Below, one piece after another: positions 1-8,818 of a stretch of 25,764 nt of DNA. Each line of letters starts with the position of its first letter. Positions within the stretch are counted from its first letter, which is position 1. A program made the position numbers and the translations under genes. The DNA comes from a candidate division WOR-3 bacterium (GTDB lineage Bacteria; Hydrothermota; Tepidihabitantia; SM23-42; JAOAFX01). The stretch lies in assembly GCA_039802265.1 (NCBI GenBank), contig JBDRWI010000032.1, positions 1 to 25,764 on the forward strand, in the 5' to 3' direction. The notes under the pieces were generated by a model. The model made no database searches and had not been told where the DNA came from. It saw only the letters and a list, made by a program, of their open reading frames with translations.

Positions 1-2
1 CA

Positions 3-806
3 TTAAAACCCAAAGACCCCTGGCACAACTGGGTATTCAGTATCAGTCTTAACGGTTATTTTAGCGGACAGCAAAAATACAATTTCAATAATCTATATTC
101 CACATTCTCGGCAAATAAAGTGCTGGAAGAATGGAAAATTCTCAATTACCTGAGTTATTATTACACAAAAAACATTTACAAATTGAACGATACCACAACG
201 ATTACCAATGAGTCAAAAAGTTATAATGGCTCAACAAACCTTGTCATCAGTCTGGGTGACCATTTTTCTGCAGGTTATTATCTGTCTTTCTACTCTTCAA
301 CCTACGAAAATGTTCTGATAAGCAGTGGCTTTGCACCGGCGGTTGAGTATAACATCTATCCTTACCGAGAATCCTCAACACGAAAATTAACAATCCTTTA
401 TGATATTGGATATGTCTATTATGAATATTATGATACAACGATATTCAATAAACTCCAAGAAAAGTTATTCAAAGAAGCGGCGTCAATAGAAACCAACATT
501 ATTCAAAAATGGGGCTCAATCAATCTCCGCCTCAAGGGTTCCCATTATTTCCACGATTTCAAAAAAAATCGCCTGACACTGTTTACCGATATCTCCCTTC
601 CCATTGTTAAAGGTTTGTCATTCAAGGTCTATTCCTATGTCTCAATGATTCACGACCAGTTATCGTTGCCTAAGAAAGAATTGACTGAAGAAGAGATCAT
701 CCTGCAAAAAAGATTACTTGCCACGCATTATTCTTACTATCTTTCAGTTGGACTTTCTTACACATTCGGCTCAATATACAGCAATATTGTGAATCCCAGA
801 TTTTGA
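3..806 (+). CDS. Probable outer-membrane beta-barrel protein of unknown function (5'-truncated by the window edge)
   Basis: The frame of ORF 120..806 is open back to position 3 (LKPKDPWHNWVFSISLNGYFSGQQKY...). It has alternating aromatic/hydrophobic, Tyr/Ser-rich strands and ends SVGLSYTFGSIYSNIVNPRF with a terminal Phe. Confidence 0.7.
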   Translation, partial: LKPKDPWHNWVFSISLNGYFSGQQKYNFNNLYSTFSANKVLEEWKILNYLSYYYTKNIYKLNDTTTITNESKSYNGSTNLVISLGDHFSAGYYLSFYSSTYENVLISSGFAPAVEYNIYPYRESSTRKLTILYDIGYVYYEYYDTTIFNKLQEKLFKEAASIETNIIQKWGSINLRLKGSHYFHDFKKNRLTLFTDISLPIVKGLSFKVYSYVSMIHDQLSLPKKELTEEEIILQKRLLATHYSYYLSVGLSYTFGSIYSNIVNPRF

Positions 807-1031
807 TTTATGAATTTTTAAATAGTTGCCCTACCTTTTCCGCCTAAGTTCTTATTCGCTGAATGATTGCAGAACTAAACCCCTTATGGTCCATCATTTT
901 TAGGGTATATCAATCATACTCTATCTCATTGCACGGCTGATGAAATTAGTTACAAACCTGGATGTGCTATTTTGATTAAATAATCAGCCATATAATTTGA
1001 CAGATAAGATTATTTTTGATTAAAACGCCTG

Positions 1032-1059
1032 TTGACATAACGCTATTTTTGAATAAAAT
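1032..1059 (+). promoter_or_regulatory. Sigma70-type promoter of fur-feoAB
   Basis: TTGACA (1032-1037), 16 nt, TAAAAT (1054-1059); the ATG follows 5 nt later and there is no Shine-Dalgarno sequence. Confidence 0.75.
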
Positions 1060-1064
1060 ATAAA

Positions 1065-1544
1065 ATGAAAATGAAAATCAAAGTCAAAAATGATGCAACT
1101 TTCAAAAAACTGAATGCTTACAAGATAAAAAAAGGACTCAAGTCTTCAGCGAAGAGGACAATAATTATTGATTACTTTCTGAAACATAATCAGCATTTCA
1201 GTGTAGAAGAATTATATGACCGGCTTAAGAAAATTTCTCCAAAGATTGGTTACTCTACAGTCTATCGTACATTAAAACTACTTGTGGATTGTGGTATTGC
1301 TTCAATCAGACGCTTTGAGAAAAACAAGACAAGTTTTGAGCCAGTTCATAAAAAGGAACATCACGACCACATCATCTGCCTCTCATGTGGCAGAATAATT
1401 GAATTCGTCAATCAGGAGATTGAAAAACTCCAGAAGAAAATTGCCAGAAGGTTTTACTTCAGGATGAAAGACCATAAACTTGAAATATATGGTCAGTGTC
1501 AAAAATGTAGTAAAAAGAAAGGATTAAATAATGGCTTTAATTGA
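1065..1544 (+). CDS. fur: Ferric uptake regulator family transcription factor
   Basis: HFSVEELY...IGYSTVYRTLKLL winged helix; HHDHIICLSC and C-terminal CQKC metal-binding motifs; directly upstream of feoAB. Confidence 0.92.
   Translation: MKMKIKVKNDATFKKLNAYKIKKGLKSSAKRTIIIDYFLKHNQHFSVEELYDRLKKISPKIGYSTVYRTLKLLVDCGIASIRRFEKNKTSFEPVHKKEHHDHIICLSCGRIIEFVNQEIEKLQKKIARRFYFRMKDHKLEIYGQCQKCSKKKGLNNGFN
1067..1085. promoter_or_regulatory. Candidate Fur box overlapping the fur start
   Basis: GAAAATGAAAATCAAAGTC matches the classical GATAATGATAATCATTATC at 14 of 19 positions. Confidence 0.5.
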
Positions 1545-3489
1545 TCTTACACAGATGAAGGCTGGGGAAAAAGGAAGAGTAGTTGAATTAAGTGGCGGAA
1601 AGGGCTTTATTGCGCGACTTGAGGCACTGGGTATTGTCCCGGGAGTAGAGATAGTAAAAGTAAGCGAACAGTTTATGCACGGTCCGGTGGTGATTAGAAT
1701 TGGAAATACCCAGGTAGCAATCGGTTACGGCATGGCGAAGAAGGTAATGGTAAATGTTGAGTATTTAATCAAAAAGATCCTGCTGGTCGGTAATCCGAAT
1801 GTTGGTAAGAGTGTAATCTTTTCAAGGTTAACCGGCGTTGATGTCATTGCATCCAACTATCCTGGTACAACCGTTGATTATTGTCGCGGTTGCGCCGGAC
1901 ATGGCGAAAAAAGAATTGAAGTAATTGATGTACCCGGGATGTATAGCCTGGAACCCACCACGCCGGCTGAAGAGGTTGCCGTTAAGTTACTCAATAAGGC
2001 AATTGAAGAAGGCGATAGCATAATTGTCAATGTTGTTGATGCCACCAATCTTGAAAGAAATCTCAATCTCACACTCCAACTTTTAAAAAAGAATATCCCG
2101 ATAATCATTGCACTAAATCTGTGGGATGAGGCAAAACATACTGGAATTGAAATTGATGTAAAGAAACTCGAAGAGATACTCGGGGTAAGGGTCATTCCCA
2201 CGGTTGCCATTACTGGTGAGGGAATAAAAGAACTTGTAAATAGTCTTGATGAGGCAAAAAAAGGGCAGTATAAATTTGATGATAAAAACAGATGGCATGA
2301 GGTTGGCAAGATAATTGCCCAGGTTCAGGTCATAAGACATCGGCATCATACTCTGGCTGAGCGGCTTGGCGATTTAACCATCCATCCCTGGACCGGTATT
2401 CCCATTTCGGTAATTATTTTATTTCTTATATTCCAGGCTATCAAGTTCATCGGCGAAAATATAATCAATTATCTATGCGACCCATTCTTTCACAATTTGT
2501 ATAAACCAATAATGCAGGAATTATCAAGAATCATGGGGAGCGGTGGGATTATCCACAATATTATCATCGGAGAACTCATTAATGGCACGATTGATTTCGG
2601 ACAATCTTTTGGAATATTAACAACTGGTTTGTATGTAGAATTTGCCCAGGTTCTACCCTATGTCCTTGGTTTTTATCTCATCTTGAGTTTTCTTGAAGAC
2701 TCTGGATATTTACCGAGACTTGCGGTGCTGTTAGATAAACTTCTCCACCTGGTCGGTCTTCATGGTATGGCAATAATCCCGATGCTACTGGGATTAGGAT
2801 GTAATGTTCCGGGCACTTTAGGTACAAGAATTCTGGAGACAAAAAGGGAGCGATTTATTGCGGCAACCCTTATGGCAATCTGTGTTCCCTGTATGGCGCT
2901 TACGGCAATGGTCTTTGGGCTGGTCGGGAGATTTGGCGCAAGGGGTTTATTTCCAGTATTCTTCACCCTCTTTGTTGTCTGGCTTATTGGCGGAACTCTA
3001 CTGAAAATTATATTTAAAGGGGAAAGCCCGGAAATCTTTACCGAAATACCATCATACCGATTCCCCTATCTTCCTGCATTATTAAAAAAGGTCTGGATGC
3101 GATTAAAATGGTTTATCTTTGAGGCAACTCCCTTTGTCCTTTTGGGAGTTTTTATCGCCAATATTTTATATACCACAGGAGTCTTCAAATTGCTTGCGGT
3201 TTTCGTAGGGCCGGTTGTAGTCCATTTATTGGGGCTTCCTTCAGAGGCAACGATTGCCCTTTTGCTTGGATTCTTAAGGAAGGATATTGCAGTCGGTATG
3301 CTGGTTCCCCTTGAATTGTCTTTAAAACAATTGATTATTGCCTCCACCGTCCTTGCTATGTATTTCCCCTGTGTGGCAACATTTGCAGTATTTATTAAAG
3401 AACTGGGAATAATTGATACACTGAAGGCAGCGGGAATAATGCTCTTAACTGCCCTGATTGTTGGGGCAATATTAAATCTTATCCTGTAG
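1531..3489 (+). CDS. feoB: Ferrous iron transporter, FeoA-FeoB fusion
   Basis: N-terminal ~75 aa FeoA SH3-like domain (RLEALGIVPGVEI...GPVVIRIGNTQVAIGYGMAKKVMV). G-domain motifs GNPNVGKS, NYPGTTV, DVPG, NLWD. Gate motifs LEDSGYLPR, GLGCNVP and YFPCVAT. Confidence 0.93.
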   Translation: MALIDLTQMKAGEKGRVVELSGGKGFIARLEALGIVPGVEIVKVSEQFMHGPVVIRIGNTQVAIGYGMAKKVMVNVEYLIKKILLVGNPNVGKSVIFSRLTGVDVIASNYPGTTVDYCRGCAGHGEKRIEVIDVPGMYSLEPTTPAEEVAVKLLNKAIEEGDSIIVNVVDATNLERNLNLTLQLLKKNIPIIIALNLWDEAKHTGIEIDVKKLEEILGVRVIPTVAITGEGIKELVNSLDEAKKGQYKFDDKNRWHEVGKIIAQVQVIRHRHHTLAERLGDLTIHPWTGIPISVIILFLIFQAIKFIGENIINYLCDPFFHNLYKPIMQELSRIMGSGGIIHNIIIGELINGTIDFGQSFGILTTGLYVEFAQVLPYVLGFYLILSFLEDSGYLPRLAVLLDKLLHLVGLHGMAIIPMLLGLGCNVPGTLGTRILETKRERFIAATLMAICVPCMALTAMVFGLVGRFGARGLFPVFFTLFVVWLIGGTLLKIIFKGESPEIFTEIPSYRFPYLPALLKKVWMRLKWFIFEATPFVLLGVFIANILYTTGVFKLLAVFVGPVVVHLLGLPSEATIALLLGFLRKDIAVGMLVPLELSLKQLIIASTVLAMYFPCVATFAVFIKELGIIDTLKAAGIMLLTALIVGAILNLIL

Positions 3490-3528
3490 AGGATATAATC
3501 ATCGCTATCGGGTGACAAATGCAACCCT

Positions 3529-3638
3529 CAAGATATTCAGGGGGATACCCCCTGAAAACCCCCGCTATATAGCAAACCGTCTCTTTGTGCGGAGACCATT
3601 TTCATATCATCCTCCCCTGAATATCTTGTGGTTTTTTT
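3529..3638. repeat. Nested inverted-repeat element, possibly the feoAB terminator or a REP-like unit
   Basis: Perfect 15-bp IR caagatattcagggg (3529-3543) / cccctgaatatcttg (3614-3628) followed by a T-tract. A competing 9-bp hairpin is ttcaggggg-ata-ccccctgaa (3536-3556). Confidence 0.6.
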
Positions 3639-3665
3639 TAACTTTAATGAAAAATTTCATTACCA

Positions 3666-3696
3666 TTGTATAGGAATTTTTCAAATTCCTATACAA
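3666..3696. repeat. Perfect 14-bp inverted repeat
   Basis: ttgtataggaattt-ttc-aaattcctatacaa. Confidence 0.75.
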
Positions 3697-3705
3697 GAAC
3701 TTAAC

Positions 3706-3952
3706 TCAGGATGGATATCTAAATCTCAATTCGGAGTAGATGGTTAATGGATTAGGGTTAAGATACTGGTTTTTCATGCTTAAAAAGAAAAAGCATCCCA
3801 ACCTTAACCCTTAAACTATATGGATCATCTCCAATTTAGTTTGGGATTTTTGCTAAAAAATCCCTCTTTATCTATTCAAGTTGTTAAAAAGGCTTGAAAA
3901 ATAAAAAGTTTAATAGGGCTATTTTTCCAAAAAGACTAAATCAACATCCTGA
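3706..3952 (+). ncRNA. Candidate structured RNA or miniature inverted-repeat element (unassigned)
   Basis: Closing stem tcaggatg/catcctga encloses several nested stems; G-U wobbles favour the + strand. No known RNA family recognised. Confidence 0.3.
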
Positions 3953-3999
3953 TTCTTTCAATGTTTTTCGGTACAAAGTGGATAACTCAAAACCAATAT

Positions 4000-4060
4000 G
4001 GACCCCTTCACCTTTATCCTCTCCCCGTTTTAGTGGGGAGAGGGCAGGGGTGAGGGGTCC
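4000..4060 (+). repeat. REP-like GC-rich long hairpin
   Basis: ggaccccttcacctttatcctctcccc-gttttagt-ggggagagggcaggggtgaggggtcc; a related copy lies at 9824-9859. Confidence 0.7.
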
Positions 4061-4168
4061 CTTAAAATTTTAGGTTTCAAGCTTTTTATCTCTCAACCTC
4101 CCAACTTTTTTGGAGAAGGGCCAACTATTTTACCTAATAAGCGGCAGAATATATCTACCTGCCTTTTA

Positions 4169-5875
4169 CTACTTTTCAATCTTTATATGAAGTTCCCTTA
4201 ATTGCTCGGGCTCTACTACATCCGGAATATTCTCCAGAAGCCCCTGTGCCTGCGTGGTCTTAGGAAAGGCAATGACATCCCTGATTGATTCGACGCCCGC
4301 CAGGAGCATAACAATCCTATCAATACCAGGGGCAATACCGCCGTGTGGTGGGGCACCATAATCAAGGGCTTCAAGCAGAAGCCCAAATTTCTTGGCGGCC
4401 GTCTCTTTATCAACACCAAGGATTTCAAAAATTCTTTCCTGCAACTGTCTACTATGATTTCTGATACTCCCTGAAGCGAGTTCATTTCCATTTAAAACAA
4501 GGTCATACTGTCTACCTCTGACCTTTAATGGCTCGCTATCCAGATATTTTAAATCTTCGGGCTTTGGCTGGGTAAATGGATGGTGGCAGGGGACCAACTT
4601 CCCCCTCTCATCCAATTCAAACAATGGAAAGTCATAGACCCAGAGGAAATAGAATCCCTTTCCCTTAATTTTCAATTCATCCGCAATAAAGTTACGCAGA
4701 TTACCAAGAAAATAATAGACCTCCTTTCCCCCAGCAGTGGTTAATAAAAGGTCACCGTCGTGAACATCAATTGTCTCAAGCATTGTATAGTCTAAATATT
4801 TAGCAAGTGGTCCACTCAGTCCTCTTTCCATCTTTACCCAGTAAATCCCACCAAGACCTTTCATCTTTGCCTGTTCGTTAAACTCATCAAGCCGCTTTCT
4901 GGTAATTGCCCTGCCAGATTTTACCACCAGACCGCAGATATTTTCTTTGCCTTTGAAAGGTACAAAATCAGACTTTTCAAAGAAATCCTTCAAATCCATA
5001 ATCTCCATTCCAAAACTTATGTTGGGTTTATCTGTCCCAAATCGCTTAATTGCTTCTTCATAAGAAAAACGAGGGAATGGCAACTTTAACTCCTGATTTA
5101 GTACTGTTTTGAAGATGTGCTGAAACATTCCTTCAATTAAATTATATATATCTTCCTCTACTACAAAAGATACTTCTATGTCAATCTGAGTATGTTCCGG
5201 CTGACGGTCGTGCCTCGGGTCTTCATCCCGCATACATCGTGCGATCTGGTAATATCTTTCAAAACCTGCAACCATCAGCAATTGTTTATACATCTGGGGT
5301 GATTGAGCAAGGGCATAGAATTTACCAGGGTACAAACGGGAAGGCACAAGATAATCCCTTGCACCTTCGGGCATACTTCTGGTCAAGATTGGTGTCTCAA
5401 TTTCAATAAAATTCTTGCTATTTAAATATTCTCTAATTGCCGATACCACCTTATGGCGAAAGATAATAAGGTTTTGCATTGTCTGCCTTCTGAGGTCTAA
5501 ATACCGATACCTTAACCTCAGCTCTTCGCTTGCCTTTACCTCCTCCTCAACAACAAATGGCGGTACCTTGGACTTACTTAGAATAGTAAGTTTTTTGACT
5601 TCCAGTTCAATCTCACCGGTAGGAATTTCTAATTTCTTCTGGTTTTCTGGTCTTTCCCGCACTATCCCGGTAGCAGTAATACAATCCTGCAAATTTAAAC
5701 TTAGACCCTCGGGATTGGTTTTAGGGTCAATTACCAGTTGCAAAATTCCACTGCGGTCCTTCAGGTCAACGAATATTACTCCACCCAGATTTCTAATCTT
5801 ATAAACCCAACCGTAGACCTGTATCTCCCTTGCGGTGTAGGTTTTATCGATCTGTGTTAAAAAGATCTCTTTAAT
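4169..5875 (-). CDS. aspS: Aspartate--tRNA ligase (bacterial type); probable non-canonical ATT start at 5875
   Basis: Motifs LRLRYRYLDLRR, ETPILTRSMPEGARDYLVPSR, QSPQMYKQLLM, GAPPHGGIAPGIDR. The frame continues 44 codons upstream of the listed TTG with the conserved OB-fold start (QVYGWVYKIRNLGGVIFVDLKDRSG), giving 568 aa. Confidence 0.93.
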   Translation of the reverse strand: MKEIFLTQIDKTYTAREIQVYGWVYKIRNLGGVIFVDLKDRSGILQLVIDPKTNPEGLSLNLQDCITATGIVRERPENQKKLEIPTGEIELEVKKLTILSKSKVPPFVVEEEVKASEELRLRYRYLDLRRQTMQNLIIFRHKVVSAIREYLNSKNFIEIETPILTRSMPEGARDYLVPSRLYPGKFYALAQSPQMYKQLLMVAGFERYYQIARCMRDEDPRHDRQPEHTQIDIEVSFVVEEDIYNLIEGMFQHIFKTVLNQELKLPFPRFSYEEAIKRFGTDKPNISFGMEIMDLKDFFEKSDFVPFKGKENICGLVVKSGRAITRKRLDEFNEQAKMKGLGGIYWVKMERGLSGPLAKYLDYTMLETIDVHDGDLLLTTAGGKEVYYFLGNLRNFIADELKIKGKGFYFLWVYDFPLFELDERGKLVPCHHPFTQPKPEDLKYLDSEPLKVRGRQYDLVLNGNELASGSIRNHSRQLQERIFEILGVDKETAAKKFGLLLEALDYGAPPHGGIAPGIDRIVMLLAGVESIRDVIAFPKTTQAQGLLENIPDVVEPEQLRELHIKIEK

Positions 5876-7955
5876 TTTGCCCCTCTCCTCTTACTAATTT
5901 CCTTTCCTCTTTTTCACCCTCAATAACAATCTTTGAGAGGTCAGCAAACCTGAGAAATAATTCATTGATAAAATTGACCAACGCAAGGCGGTTCTCCCGC
6001 AGTTTTCTATCCTCACACATCACCAAAACATCATCAAAAAATTTGTCTATGTCCCTGCGCATTCCTAAAAGCAGTTCTAAAATCTTCTTATAATTCTTTT
6101 CAGCGAATAGCGGTTCAAGGCTTTTTTGAACTGTCGTACCCTGTTCATAAAGTCTTCGCTCTGCCGGCATTTTGAGTAAAGAATATTCAAAACTACCGAT
6201 CTGTTTTATACCCTTTAAGATATTTCGCACCCTCTTTTGCCCTATGACCAGTTGCACAAAATCCGGCTTGCCCCGAAGATTCCTTAATGACTCACAGCGC
6301 AACCGGGCATCATATGCATTGCCATTGGTATTAAAAATTACCGCCTCAATCTCATCATACCGAAAACCTTTATCCTCCAGATACCTCGTCAACCGCTCCT
6401 TAAGGAAATCATAAATGATTTCCTTGTTAAAGTCGATCTTGAATAATCTTAGATGTCTATCCACGAGTGAAAATAGATCGAGGTCAAATTGAAAAGAATC
6501 AATAAGATTCATAACTCCATAACCATTGCGTCTGACAGCCAATGGATCATAAGAACCACTTGGCCTCTGACCGCTTAAAAAGGCACCAAGCACATTGTCC
6601 AGCTTATCAATAATTGAAAGTACCGCTCCTTCTTTTGTCTGGGGTAGTCTATCATCTGCTGATACCGGAAGATAATGTTCTTTTATTATCTGCGCCACAG
6701 ATTCCGGTTCACCATTTGCCCTTGCATAATAGTAACCCATTACTCCCTGTAATGAGGTAAATTCCTTCTCCCTTACCATCTGTGAAAGCAAATCTGCCTT
6801 ACACAACCTTGCTGCCCGGCGTAGCGACTTTAAGTCCAGGTGGTCAAAATCTTTGAAGTAATCACAGACTTCCACCAGTCTCATTGCCTTGTCATATACA
6901 CTGCCTAGATTCTCCAGCCACACCATTCCCTTTGTCTGCTCTAATAAATCCTCAAGATTGGTTTTTAAATCATTCTCATAATAGAATAGTGCATCCTGTA
7001 GTCTTGCCTTCAAAACCTTAACATAGCCGGCAGCAACATTCTTGGAAGCCCGCTTACGGCCATTAAAGACACAGATAAATTTGTTTGTCTCTTTTAGCCA
7101 GATAAGATTCCCCAATGCCTTCAAGGTCATCTTTAAAACCTCGTTTGGCAATTTCAAAAACTCCGGGTCAAACTCACCACTTACTGCCTCAGGATATTCT
7201 ACTGTGCAGTTTATCTCTTGCAGCATTCCATCGTCATAGACTGGTTCAGCCTTCAATAATTTTGCGATATGACTCACCTTTGTCCGGATAAGTTTTAGCC
7301 GCTCGTTCGGGTCACAGACTACCCCACCGTGCCTTAAGGCATTCAGATACTCCCTTGGCTTTTCAAGACGAATCGGGTTGAAAGAGAAATGAAAATTTGG
7401 CATTGAATAGCGCTCTGCCTCAATCCCGGCATATTTGAATCTCAAAGGTCTTCGGTCAAGCAATGCCACAATCCACCGGATTGGTCGTGGAAATCTTATC
7501 CCCGTCTCATTCCAGACCATTGTCTTTGAAAATTCAAGGGATTGTATTATCTTGGGGATTTCATAATACAAAATATCTTCGGTATCCCTTCCGGGCAGTT
7601 CTTTACTTGCAACTACATATTCACCTTTCTCGCTCTTTACAATTTTCACATCGGTGATATTCAGATTATTTGAGTTCAAAAAGCCCTGTAGCATTGGAGT
7701 AGGATTGTTATCTTTATCAAAGGCAAATTTCTTTGGTGGTCCCTTAATCTCTACCACCTGCGGTTTTTGTTTTTTTGCCACACCTAATATCAAAATGCCA
7801 ATCCGCCGGGCAGTGTAAATCTTCCTGCTTGAGCGGTAAAAAATCCTTTCGTTTTTGAAAAGATTCTCTACTTTTGTGCACAGGTCATCAGCCGATTTTA
7901 TAAGAAAGTGTGGTGGAAACTCTTCAAAGCCAATTTCTAAAAGGAAATCAATCAT
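5871..7955 (-). CDS. glyS: Glycine--tRNA ligase beta subunit
   Basis: N-terminal [44 protein letters not shown] and C-terminal [10 protein letters not shown]...RENRLAL; directly downstream of glyQ. Confidence 0.95.
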   Translation of the reverse strand: MIDFLLEIGFEEFPPHFLIKSADDLCTKVENLFKNERIFYRSSRKIYTARRIGILILGVAKKQKPQVVEIKGPPKKFAFDKDNNPTPMLQGFLNSNNLNITDVKIVKSEKGEYVVASKELPGRDTEDILYYEIPKIIQSLEFSKTMVWNETGIRFPRPIRWIVALLDRRPLRFKYAGIEAERYSMPNFHFSFNPIRLEKPREYLNALRHGGVVCDPNERLKLIRTKVSHIAKLLKAEPVYDDGMLQEINCTVEYPEAVSGEFDPEFLKLPNEVLKMTLKALGNLIWLKETNKFICVFNGRKRASKNVAAGYVKVLKARLQDALFYYENDLKTNLEDLLEQTKGMVWLENLGSVYDKAMRLVEVCDYFKDFDHLDLKSLRRAARLCKADLLSQMVREKEFTSLQGVMGYYYARANGEPESVAQIIKEHYLPVSADDRLPQTKEGAVLSIIDKLDNVLGAFLSGQRPSGSYDPLAVRRNGYGVMNLIDSFQFDLDLFSLVDRHLRLFKIDFNKEIIYDFLKERLTRYLEDKGFRYDEIEAVIFNTNGNAYDARLRCESLRNLRGKPDFVQLVIGQKRVRNILKGIKQIGSFEYSLLKMPAERRLYEQGTTVQKSLEPLFAEKNYKKILELLLGMRRDIDKFFDDVLVMCEDRKLRENRLALVNFINELFLRFADLSKIVIEGEKEERKLVRGEGQN

Positions 7956-8818
7956 TTTTGAGAATGTTTTGCTATGTAAAGTCTTGCGGCCTGGGAGGCG
8001 AGTGCCCTTACCCGGTCAATCATCTTTGCCCTTTCCGAAATACTTATTGCACCGCGTGCCTCAAGGAGGTTAAAGATATGAGAGCACTTGATTGTATAGT
8101 CATAACCCGGATAGACAAGCCCCTTATTAAAAAGGTTAACTGCTTCATTTTCAAATTTCGTGAAGATAAGTTGCAACATTTCTGTATCAGCATCCTCAAA
8201 GTTATATCTTGAGAATTCCTCTTCATTTTCCCGGTAAATATCTCCCCAGGTAAGTTCTTCATTCCATTTTAACTCAAAGATTGAAGAAATACCCTGAAGA
8301 TTCATACAGAGGCGCTCAAGCCCGTATGTTATCTCTACGGGAATTACCTTTAAATCAATACCCCCTGCCTGCTGGAAATAAGTAAACTGCGTTATCTCAA
8401 GCCCATCAAGCCAGACCTCCCAGCCGATTCCCCAGGCACCGAGGGTAGGTGACTCCCAGTCATCTTCAACAAACCGAATTTCGTGTTCCTTTAACTTAAA
8501 ACCCATACTCTCAAGAGACTCCAGGTAAATCTGCTGAATATTGTTGGGAGCCGGCTTCATAATTACCTGAAATTGATAATACTGCTGGACCCGATTTGGA
8601 TTCTGTGCATACCTTCCATCCCTTGGTCTTTTGCAAATTTCTAAGTACCCAACATTCCATGTTTTTTCATCAAGAATTCTAAAGAATGTTGCCGGATTGA
8701 ATGTTCCAGCACCGACTTCAGAGTTATATGGTTCAAAGATCAGACAACCCTTAGACTGCCAGAATTTTTTGAGATGGATAATGAAATTCTCAAAGGTCAT
8801 TATTTTTTTTATATTCAT
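7952..8818 (-). CDS. glyQ: Glycine--tRNA ligase alpha subunit
   Basis: [78 protein letters not shown]. Confidence 0.97.
   Translation of the reverse strand: MNIKKIMTFENFIIHLKKFWQSKGCLIFEPYNSEVGAGTFNPATFFRILDEKTWNVGYLEICKRPRDGRYAQNPNRVQQYYQFQVIMKPAPNNIQQIYLESLESMGFKLKEHEIRFVEDDWESPTLGAWGIGWEVWLDGLEITQFTYFQQAGGIDLKVIPVEITYGLERLCMNLQGISSIFELKWNEELTWGDIYRENEEEFSRYNFEDADTEMLQLIFTKFENEAVNLFNKGLVYPGYDYTIKCSHIFNLLEARGAISISERAKMIDRVRALASQAARLYIAKHSQK

Noticed and set aside
997..1026. Second TTGACA upstream of fur
   Set aside because: No convincing -10 hexamer at 16-18 nt.
2549..2557. Single perfect DnaA box in feoB (also 1-mismatch boxes at 3977-3985 and 9370-9378)
   Set aside because: Isolated occurrences are compatible with chance in AT-rich DNA.
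3490..4168. CRISPR array or tRNA/tmRNA/SRP gene in the large spacer
   Set aside because: No regularly spaced direct repeats and no cloverleaf, T-loop or SRP consensus found.
4169..5743. ORF-track start of aspS at TTG 5743, or aspS as a pseudogene
   Set aside because: This start would truncate the conserved OB fold; the upstream frame is intact with no frameshift or internal stop.
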